Positions 10,643-19,666 of a stretch of DNA of 41,380 nucleotides are shown here, piece after piece; positions within the stretch are counted from its first letter, which is position 1, and every line of letters starts with the position of its first letter. The notes beneath the pieces are model-generated. The model made no database searches. It was not told where the DNA came from and saw only the letters and a list, made by a program, of their open reading frames with translations. The stretch covers positions 1 through 41,380 of the forward strand of contig NIVC01004583.1 in the NCBI GenBank assembly GCA_002269645.1, given 5' to 3'. The translations under genes and the position numbers were made by a program. Source of the DNA: Macrostomum lignano (lineage: Eukaryota).

Positions 10643-11929
10643 ATGAACGACCCACTGACACCAGTTTTCTACAAAATTAACAAGCCTATTTTGAGTGATG
10701 ATAGCACAATCAAAGCGACACAAGTTAGAGTTCCGAGTCACGAGAACCAGAATGAAACTAATTTGGGTCCAGGTCAAACACTGACATTTACATACAATGG
10801 ATGTTCGTCTCTGGTTAGTGTGCACAGTCTTAAGAGCGGCTTCCATATGACATTTCAATTCAAGACAAAAGGTGGTGCGGATGCGGCTCGTGCTAACGTT
10901 GACAAGCATGATGCGGATGTGGCTCTGATCAGTAACTTTTGGGCGTACATGTTCAAGGAGTTTAGTGTATCGAATGGGAGCACAGAGTTGGAGCGAATCG
11001 CCAACTTTGGAATTGTCTATGACGCTCATTGTTTGATCGAGAATCCTGATTTTATTCAGTTGGGAAGTGGTGCGGGTTTTATTGCAGATGAAAAAGAAGG
11101 AGATATCAATGACAGTGGCTATAAAAATAGGAAGAAGAGATACAACTATGCATTGCAAGGTGCTGATGATGCTGCTAAGAACCCGCAGTATCGGTCTGTT
11201 GATGTATTTGTACCACTGAGATTCATGAGTGGATTCTGTAATACATTTAATCGACTGACTAGTAACTTTAGCTACACATTTAGACTGACTAGAGATGATC
11301 GCAGTAGAGTGTTGTGGACTGGGGCGGACCACACAAGGATGGAGGTGAAGCTAACCGGAATCGAGCTGTATTTGGAAGTCATTGAGCCAAAGACTGCACT
11401 AAAAGCAGACTATCTTAAGGCAATAGAGAAGGACATTGATGTTGCATACACGGCCTACATGTGTCGAGATGAGCGAAACGAAACTAGAACAAACATCTGC
11501 ATCAAAGAGGGATCATGCAGCAATCCAAGGTATATCATTATTAATATGAGAAACCCAAATAGCATTATACGCTACATGCATGGAGACGTGCGGTCCATTC
11601 AGCATGAAATCAGTGATAATCTTTACCCTGCACTGCCACAAAATGGAGATTTCAGTCAGAACAAGATTAGCAAATTTTACAGCGAGTTGGTCGACTTGGC
11701 TGTGAAAGAGAACAATGGAATTGCTATCACTGCTCTTCAATACGGAACTCTATATCCGATGTTTGGAGCTGATGTGTCTGCCAGACAAATGCCTACTGAT
11801 AACAGCCCTGTGAATATCGTGACTAACATTGAGAGGACTGTCGCAACACCCGTGGACTTGTACATTATCTATGCATTTGAGAGGAAGGTGAAGCTTAACA
11901 TGATCAACAATTCATCCAGTAAAGTTTAA
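10643..11929 (+). CDS. Major capsid protein (double jelly-roll, hexon-like), intact 428 aa
   Basis: Size, position and motif pattern fit Polinton MCP: SDDSTI..NL..TFTY; ISNFWAYMF..NGSTELE; GFIAD..NDSGY..R; FVPLRFMSGF; FRLTR; VKLTGIELYL; QYGTLYPMFGADVS. Recognised by motif pattern, not by a profile search. Confidence 0.85.
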   Translation: MNDPLTPVFYKINKPILSDDSTIKATQVRVPSHENQNETNLGPGQTLTFTYNGCSSLVSVHSLKSGFHMTFQFKTKGGADAARANVDKHDADVALISNFWAYMFKEFSVSNGSTELERIANFGIVYDAHCLIENPDFIQLGSGAGFIADEKEGDINDSGYKNRKKRYNYALQGADDAAKNPQYRSVDVFVPLRFMSGFCNTFNRLTSNFSYTFRLTRDDRSRVLWTGADHTRMEVKLTGIELYLEVIEPKTALKADYLKAIEKDIDVAYTAYMCRDERNETRTNICIKEGSCSNPRYIIINMRNPNSIIRYMHGDVRSIQHEISDNLYPALPQNGDFSQNKISKFYSELVDLAVKENNGIAITALQYGTLYPMFGADVSARQMPTDNSPVNIVTNIERTVATPVDLYIIYAFERKVKLNMINNSSSKV

Positions 11930-11951
11930 ATATTTTTTTATGTGAAAAAAA

Positions 11952-12815
11952 ATGGAAGCGATTGCTGAAAGACTAAACAACATTGTTTCACACTCTAAGG
12001 AGAGCATTCCTATTACAATAACTGGGCGAATTAATGACTCAAACGGGATGTTTGTTGAAAAATTAGAGCAGGCGATTCGCCTGGATCCAGGCGCTAATTA
12101 CCATGTCTATCTTAACGACTTCACTGGTTGGTCAAACGTTCCCAATGTGATGGCAGCAAATAATAAGTTTTATTACAAATGGAAAGGTGCAGCAGCAGAC
12201 CCTGTGGTATTCCATGTGAGCACGCAAAGTGTGGATACCTACAATAACTTTCTAGAAAATGTCTTTACTAAGAGAGGCCATTTTGAGACACCTGATGCGA
12301 GTAAGCCAGAGAAGAAACTGTTCCCTGTCAAACTAACCTATGATCTCACTGTAATGAGAGTGGTCATGCAAGTTCACAAAGATGCGGAGGTTGAGTTTAA
12401 AGATGACACTTGGTATAGGGAACTGGGATTCGAGAAGAAAGTTTATAAGGCAGAATCCGCGGCGCGGACCGCCACTCAAGCATTGGGGACCGTTAGCATG
12501 GCCCGGGAAAGTGTACGCGGTTTGTTCTTAGCACCCAATATAGCAGACATTGTAAAGGGTTTGAATATTCTAATCAGAACTAATCTCAGTCTTGATTGGG
12601 TATTTAAGGGAAAGCGAACTAATATTTTGTACAACATCTCCAACTCTGTAGCTGGAGGACAGATGCTGGTAGAGAAACCAAATCCAGTGAAAAGAGTTGT
12701 ATTGAGTAATAAGGAGATTCACGAGATTGTGCTACAGTTTGAGACTGAAGATGGGATGGGTGTTGATTTCAACGGTGAAAAGTTTGTCTTGACGTTAATC
12801 ATTGAGAGAATGTGA
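11952..12815 (+). CDS. Minor capsid protein (penton-like, single jelly-roll), intact 287 aa
   Basis: Immediately downstream of the MCP. Motifs SNVPNV..NNKFYY, ELGF, NILY..VAGGQMLVEKP and ETEDGMGVDFNGEKFVLTL match the Polinton penton pattern. Confidence 0.85.
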   Translation: MEAIAERLNNIVSHSKESIPITITGRINDSNGMFVEKLEQAIRLDPGANYHVYLNDFTGWSNVPNVMAANNKFYYKWKGAAADPVVFHVSTQSVDTYNNFLENVFTKRGHFETPDASKPEKKLFPVKLTYDLTVMRVVMQVHKDAEVEFKDDTWYRELGFEKKVYKAESAARTATQALGTVSMARESVRGLFLAPNIADIVKGLNILIRTNLSLDWVFKGKRTNILYNISNSVAGGQMLVEKPNPVKRVVLSNKEIHEIVLQFETEDGMGVDFNGEKFVLTLIIERM

Positions 12816-13086
12816 GAAAATGCGTTCCCTTTTAAGTATGCTTGCAGAGAATAGAGTGGTATGAAAAAATGCGCGCATGTGTACTCAAAATCTCTTACCC
12901 CATTCTGACAGTTTGTGGGCGCGGGCGTCGGGTGCGCGGGGGAGAGGGGAGTGTGTGTGTGGGCGCAGCGCGCGTGGGGGAGAGAGATTTTCACTTTAAC
13001 TGAGCCCAGCCGAGGAAGAATTCCGTCTCGAGGGAAGGCCAGAATGCAAACGATTTCGGCCTCGCGCAAGGCCAAAATGAAAAGGG

Positions 13087-13141
13087 TTTTGGCCTTTTGG
13101 CCTTTTGGCCTTTTTGGCCTTTTGGCCTTTTGGCCTTTTGG
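13087..13141. repeat. (TTTTGGCC)n octamer array, about 6.5 copies
   Basis: Read directly. An inverted copy GGCCAAAA lies at 13070-13077. Confidence 0.95.
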
Positions 13142-13153
13142 TTTTTCGGTTTT

Positions 13154-13396
13154 TTAACGCAACTGCCTAATGATTTCTGCAAAGTTATAGTAGCTGTCGT
13201 AATCTTTTACATAGGTTACTCCATACTTATGAAACCAGTGTCTTTGGAGAGCTAGATTAATATTAGGGACATTGATATCAACGTCGGGCCAATATTTTCT
13301 CATGTACTCGCTGCATTCAAGTTTGCATCGGTACTTGCTCTTGTAATTAGGCTCGTGCGCTTTGTAATAAGAACTCGGAGAGACAACTGGAAACAT
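13154..13396 (-). CDS. Hypothetical 80-aa Polinton protein
   Basis: Intact ORF with the same AATAAAAATG start context as other element genes. Non-repetitive and Tyr-rich. Confidence 0.55.
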   Translation of the reverse strand: MFPVVSPSSYYKAHEPNYKSKYRCKLECSEYMRKYWPDVDINVPNINLALQRHWFHKYGVTYVKDYDSYYNFAEIIRQLR

Positions 13397-13584
13397 TTTT
13401 ATTGAGAATTTAATTTTTTTTCAAAGGGTTAGGACCCTGCGCTGATGATTTAAAGTCTTTGGGATCTGGTTTCGCTTTGCAAATTGAATGTGGGGAGAAG
13501 AATGCAGATTTTTTCCGATTGTTTCGAACATGCTATGGGCGGATGTCGGTGTCAGTGAGCATAACAGGTGTCCTACTGTTATGC

Positions 13585-13825
13585 TCTGATTCTGTCAGGG
13601 ATAATGCTCTGATTCTGTCAGGGATAATATGGATGGATTTAATAGGATTATGTTCGAAGTTTTCGGAGCAAGTGCGACCCCTCCCCTTTTTTCAAGATTC
13701 TGTCAGGGATAATATGGATGGATTTAGGTGGATTATGGAGGACGTTTTGTGAGCGAGTGCGACCCCCCTTTTTTCTGATTCTGTCGGGGATAATATGGAT
13801 GGATTTAGGTGGATTATGGAGGACG
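13585..13825. repeat. Subterminal direct repeats (core GATTCTGTCRGGGATAAT x4; three long units spaced 85 and 81 bp)
   Basis: The core starts at 13588, 13611, 13696 and 13777. The long units share ATGGATGGATTTA..GGATTATG and AGTGCGACCCC. Confidence 0.9.
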
Positions 13826-14274
13826 TGAAAAATTTTGTCCCAGAAGCCCCCTCATGCCTTCTACTAGCCGTTAATACACATGTGAATGTTACAGTAACTA
13901 TATTTTTTTACGTTTTAATTACAAAGTTTAGCCTTTCAACAACAACGCTTAATCTGTTTTGCATACTTGTCCTGTTCATTTACTACAATGAACAACTGTA
14001 TCTGCTTGTAACTAACTGTACTTCGAGATTTGTGTGTCGTCTGAAATGAAAGAGTTGATATTTTTAGCGTGAGTTACAAACGCACAAATATTACAAACTC
14101 AATAAAAGTTTACAACCGCAACAAATTCACGGGGCGCTTTCATTAGGCAAAAATTTCACTTTGCTGAAAAGCACTCTCTTTCACTAGGCCGAAACTTCAC
14201 ATTGCCAAAAAACCATTTTAGCAGCCCCTTTCAATACGCCGAACCTTATGGAAGAGCGTGCTCGGCAATGTGAA

Positions 14275-14550
14275 GTTCCTCTGTCCTCTCTACCCTCCTC
14301 TATACCCTCTATCCTCTCTAGCCTCTCCTCTCTACCCTCTCCTCTCTACCCTCTCTTCTCTACCCTCTCTTCTCTCTACCCTCTCTTCTCTCTACCCTCT
14401 CTCTTCTCTAGCCTCTCCTCTCTACCCTCTATCCTCTCTACCTACTTCCTTTTTCTCTTCCTTCTCTCCTCTCCTCCCTCTCTCCCTTCTCTCGTCTCTT
14501 CCCTCTTTTCTCCTCTTGTCTTCTTTCTTATCTCATCTCTCTCTGTCTCT
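14275..14550. repeat. Pyrimidine-rich low-complexity repeat (TCTCTACCC-like)
   Basis: Direct reading. Confidence 0.9.
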
Positions 14551-14904
14551 CATGTTTCATGAGCTTGCGCTGGATTTTTCATCTGGCCCTTGAGGAAAAA
14601 AGTTTGCCAGCCTCTGGGTTAAAGCTTTAAGTCAGCTTTGCTTCTCGCAGCGCAGCACAGCGAGCCAATAGGTCGGATTCCCTGGCTCTTACTTCCCTGG
14701 CTAATTTAGACTGCCATAACTTTGCCCCAAATAAATATATTTATTTCAAACTTGAGTCGATTGCGCCTTGATATGTTTTCTGTCCTAACATGGAGTCTCA
14801 GCTTCATAACTCAATCAGGACAGGACAGAAACTATGAGCATGTGAATTTTGCCTGATTTTTATCTATTCTTTCGCCTGTGGAGCAGTAGAGCAGTTAGAG
14901 AAAA

Positions 14905-15202
14905 CAGGGAAACATAGAAAGCTATAGAAAACAGGGAGAGAGGAGAGATGAAAAAGCAGTAGACCAGAAGACAGATAGAGCAGCAGAGAGGACAGATGAA
15001 AGGGATGCAGGGCAGATGCAAGAGAGGGAGGATGAAAAAAGGGTACAGCGGAAGAGAAGACCGGGATAACAGAGTGAGAGTATAGACAGATCGAAGGGGG
15101 GAGGGAGATCAGTGTGGACAAAGGGAGAGAGGGAGAGTAGACAGATAGAAGGGACTGTGAGGAATAGGGTGGAGAGAGGACAGATGGAGAGAAAAAGAGA
15201 CA
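14905..15202. repeat. Purine-rich (AG) low-complexity tract
   Basis: Direct reading. Confidence 0.8.
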
Positions 15203-16258
15203 GTAGAATCCTGCTGAAATAAACCGACGAAATCGAACTGGTAGACCTTGTTTGGTTTTTCCTAACTTCTGTTGCACTAGATATTTAAATATTTTTTGTT
15301 AGATTTTAAATCAAAGAAGCAAAAGAGATACAGGGTCCAAATTCTGTGGGTTTAAATTCCAACCGTTAAAACAGCGTGTTTTCACCAAAACAAAATATAT
15401 AAATAATCAATAGTTAGTTCTGCCTGCAGAGAAATATCCAAGCTGCGCAACGGCATCCAGGAATAAAAAATCTGCGATTTTAGTGGGCACTACTCAAAGC
15501 TGTAACAGCTGCTGCAGCATTTTTCAGATCATTTATTATGGATTTCTGGCCAACAGCATGAAGTCAAGCATTGCAGACACTGCTCGTAGTTTCACCCAGT
15601 GAGGAGCCCTTAATTCTACTGCTAAGGGGCATTTTAAGCCGGCATGTTCGATCAGCAGGTTTAGCAGCAATTTAAAATAGATGGCAAAGACAAGCCCGCT
15701 TTTCGGGAATGTGGAGTGAATTTACAATTAATTGCATTTAGAATAGTCGAGAAGTTTCAATTTATGACTTGTTCTAAAGAGGACAATTGTACAACTTTCC
15801 GAGTAGAGAAGGATTTCTTAAGTTGCGAAGTGAAGTCTGCCTTAGAGTAACTGGCTTGTATTTCCTTGCTCCCTGTCTGGGGACGGCCGTGCAATGAATT
15901 TGACATTAATAACTTATTATTGGCAGATTTAAATTATTTGCACTTCGTGCAAGTGAATGCCGCGTCCTCCAGGTGGTCAAGACGGTGAGCCGCTCTTCAC
16001 TTCTGCGGCGTGATGTGTAATTTACATTTACACAAACAGACGGGGGCCTGTTGGCTTTGACGCAATGGCGGCAGCCAACGGATTCCAATCAGAAATCATG
16101 CAACTGTGCAAATCCGTCACGGGTTCTGTATTGAAGGCCCATTGTCTCTGTGTTAGCAAATATAATGCGCTTCACACAGCTGTGATAAGGCCTCTCGCTG
16201 CGAATCCGCTCTCTCTCTCTCTCTACTCTGAGTCCGAACTCCGCCAATTTCTCTGAAA

Positions 16259-17037
16259 ATGCAGCCTACCATGCCGGCTCTGTACAGGACCGGCATGCCG
16301 ATCCTGAGCTGCCTGATCTGCGCCGCTCTCTGCCGCCAGTTTCAGATCTCGGACCTCGGCTGCTTCGTTGACGACGCGAATGGCGTGAGAGACGTCAATG
16401 ACATGAAGCACATTGGCCTCATACGGATCGGAAGCTCCGAGGTATCTCCGATAAACGATGCCAGTGGCGCTTTTGTCGGCAGCTACTCGATAATGACTCA
16501 CGAGCTGTGCAGCAGCGTCTGCGCTCTGGGCGGCTTCCAGTTCGCGGCTCTGCAGGCCATATACTGGTGCTTCTGCGGCAACTCCTACGGGTCGCTGGGC
16601 GCTGCTTCTGACTCGGAATGCAATCTCGCTTGCAGTGGAAACTCGGGCCAGAACTGCGGAGGCGACTACCGAAACCGGGTGCTCCGGCTGAGCTACACGG
16701 GCAGTTCGGAAGACGCTTGCATGAGTTGGTTAAAAGTACAAATCTCTTTCTATGTAGAAAGGCTTGGTATTAATGCAACTGGCGCTCATTTTAAACTGCA
16801 GACCGGAACGTGTTCGTTCCCGGTAACCGGACCTTCGTTGAGCTGAGCGTCCCGGATGCGCCCGCCTTCAGAACACTGCAGTGTGCCGGGCTGCCCGAGT
16901 GCCTGCACCGGTGCCGCTCCGGTTGCCAGGCGGTGATCTTCAGCCAGCAGCAGCGCCTGTGCCACCTGCTGGAGTTTGCTGCGGTCCCGGCCGCGCTCAG
17001 CAGCGCCAGCAGCGGCGACTTCTTTGTCCGCCGCTGA
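16259..17037 (+). CDS. Secreted WSC-domain + PAN/apple-like domain protein, 2 exons (16259-16724, 16802-17037)
   Basis: Hydrophobic N-terminus. WSC pattern LGCF..MTHELCSSVC..FAALQ..CFCGN..CNLACSGN..CGG. The 77-nt GT-AG intron restores the frame (ATG A|AC CGG). The C-terminal C..ECLHRC..C.AV..LCHL is PAN-like. Confidence 0.88.
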
Positions 17038-17266
17038 GTGCGAATGCGACAGGTGCTGCTGCGACTGTGCAGAGCAGACGAACTTTACGAACCGCAATTT
17101 AGAGGTAGATCATGTCACATAATTTCAACTTTTTTTGCTTCATTTTTTGTCCCGAAATTTAACAACGTTGTATTTTTATCACAACGCTTCAATTTGCTTT
17201 CCTTGATAGTCTTTGCGAATGCGCTTCTGTGTGCAAGACATTCGGTTTCTGCTTTTGTTCCGTTAA

Positions 17267-17993
17267 CAATAGAAAGACCACGCTATTTTTCCCATGGGGA
17301 AAGACCACGGGGGTATATTGCAAATGCACACAACCCATTTCACGATTTCTCGCAAACCGAATTACCGATTTTCCTAAAAGTCCACCATATGGATCAAACT
17401 TTTCTGCCCTTTCCGACGAACTGACTTTCAAAGTCATCCTACGTCAACATCGTCGAGATATTCAACGATTCTCCTCGGGGTGGCCGCGTGGTGGCACTCT
17501 GTTGAAGGTCCCGAAGGTCGCCTTTATGTCTACAGGTCAGCCTAGAGGGTCACCATCGTCTATTTTATTCACCGATTGTGTCTACTGACTGAATGCTGCA
17601 TGCAGAAGAGGATTCATCCACTTCAGTTTTGGGAACGCAGCCGTCTCTGAGATACCGACGGGTGCTTTTGTTGAAGGTGCCGACGGTCGCCGCCGATGCT
17701 CCAGACGGTGCTGAAGGGGACCCTGGTGCCTTAGATGCTGAGAACAAAGGCCTCACGACTAGTTTGTTGAGCCGACGTGGAAAATTTTTTGCCAATGTTG
17801 GTGATTTTTGCCACAAGGCACCCCGAGGATAATCGTTGAATATCTCGACGATGCCGATTTTTCCTGATTCTCGAAGTTGCTCCATCGAATAGAGCGGAAA
17901 ATTTTCATGGCAATTGGTTGAATATTTTTGGAGATCCAGACAAAGGAAAATGTGTGTATTTGAAATACAGCCCCCCCCCTGGTCTTTCTGCTG
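17267..17993. mobile_element. MITE-like non-autonomous DNA transposon (727 bp) flanked by TTAA
   Basis: TTAA at 17263-66 and 17994-97. Termini are CAATAGAAAGACCA and revcomp CAGCAGAAAGACCA. A second inverted pair sits at 17299-17332/17951-17988, and an internal 35-bp inverted repeat (1 mismatch) at 17448-17482/17819-17853. Confidence 0.8.
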
Positions 17994-19666
17994 TTAAGTG
18001 CCGTTGAGAAGAAAAGAGTAACTGTTTTGAGTGCGATCGGATGTTTTCATAATCTCTGTATTAAGCGGAAGTCATCACGATGCGTCATAATTATTTATTC
18101 CCTTCTTTTTTTCCTCCCCAAACAGCAGCTATATGATTTGTCCGGGACTCAAATTTCATGCTGTCCAGATTTAAGCGGCTTGCCTTATGCTGCGCAAGTT
18201 GAAGTTTTGGCAAACCACACAGTTCTCTCTTTGAATTTTGGATTTTTTATCTAATAATCCTGTTCTCTGACAATGGAAACTGGTTCAGCAGCGCCGGCAG
18301 CGGTGACTTCTTTGTCCGCAGCTGAGTGCGAATGAAGCCGAGTTATACATTTAGATAAGATGCGGCTTACTCATGTAAATTTAATAAAAATTTATCGCAG
18401 AATTTTTTACGCTGGGATTCATTTTTTTGTTTTTTTGAGTGAAATTAATAATTATCGAGATTTAACGAAAGCCGTGATTTTTCCCTTTTACTCTTCAACC
18501 TACTGTAGTGAATAAACTGAGTTTGTGTTTTTTAGTACACTGTCGTTTCTGTAATGGGGTAACTTCAATTTTGCGTAGATTAGTTCGATTATAAACCATT
18601 TAGTAGTGTACTATATATCTAAAACCGAGGTCCTGTTTCACTATCCTGCGCCAACGGTGACTTCTACAGGTGGGAAGCGTCATCTGACGGACCTTGATCG
18701 CATGAGTTGATTTGTTTGGGTTGCGTTTTTTACTTTGCTTTTGTTGTTGCTGTATTTTACTTGATTATTCGAATTGAGCTAGCTTTGTCTAAACTGATAA
18801 TAGTAAGTTGAATTTTAAATAAATTCATTTCAAATGCGGGCGCGAACTCGCCACGAGTGCTCTGATCAGTTATATCTTCTTGATCCCTCAATGCTAATGT
18901 TGTTTGAGAAGCTGTTTTGCAGTCAGGATGCGGAACAAGTACTCATTGAAATGAAATTGATCTGATGCAGCTCGGCAGCACACCGAGATCTTGGCAATCT
19001 GCATCGGAAACTTTCTGAGTTGCTACTGAAGGAAAACGCCGAGTGTAATGTACAGACAGACGACTTTGAGATGACTTTGAGACGAAGTCAATTAGCAATC
19101 GACATAAATCATGAACCATTTTTTTATAATTTATCCTAACTTTATTATTTACAATTTATCGATTTTTCGAGCCCAGAAGGCTGCAGGCTGAAGCTCAGGT
19201 GAAGCAGAATCTGGCACGGGAATAATCCGATTAGATTCACCATGCTCCATGATTCACTCTAGCAGAGCTGCTTCGCTTCGCTGCCTGTGTGAGCCAGCTC
19301 GAGCTGAGACTCACTCGCTAGCAGATTGGCAGCGGGCCGTCACAGCTGGATTGCCCTGGATGAAATCCATCAGCTGCATCCACTGCCGGCTTTGGAGTCA
19401 CTGCTGCTGTAGGTAAAGCCGTTGTTTGTCACCTACCTTGAAGGCATTATTACGATCTGCAAAGCTGATATTTGAGTCATTGCACAGTCATTTGCCGGTC
19501 ATAGTCTGAGCATCGCTTACACCTTGGATTCTGAGCAGTCTGAGCTATTGTTAACTCTTGCCTGTTGACTTGACTTACTTGACTCAGCTGCAGGGCTGTC
19601 CCGGAGGGGACACAGCGGGAAGGCGCGGGCGCCCATTCCGCTAGTCCCTGAACGGCCGACGCGTCG

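Larger units (their letters stand above)
1..13865. mobile_element. Polinton/Maverick (adintovirus-like endogenous virus), right-hand part; left end lies outside the window
   Basis: Co-located integrase, protein-primed PolB, adenain-like protease, A32/FtsK-like ATPase, major and minor capsid-like ORFs, PLA2 and pX-like ORFs. The genes are intronless, compact and AT-rich, with A-run+ATG starts. Candidate terminus ...CCTTCTACT at 13865 reads 5'-AGTAG on the minus strand. Confidence 0.95.

Noticed and set aside
1774-12815. Recurrent ATGTGA (ends of the pX-like and penton ORFs, both R-M-stop, and just before the penton start)
   Set aside because: Three hexamer occurrences in AT-rich DNA are compatible with chance.
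13585-13825. Repeat-spacer-like pattern resembling a CRISPR array
   Set aside because: The intervening segments are homologous to each other, spacing is irregular, the context is a eukaryotic virus-like element, and there are no cas genes.
18985-19090. Ankyrin-like peptide ELLLKENAECNVQTDDFEMTL
   Set aside because: A single short, degenerate match without convincing splice sites or ORF; cannot be supported.
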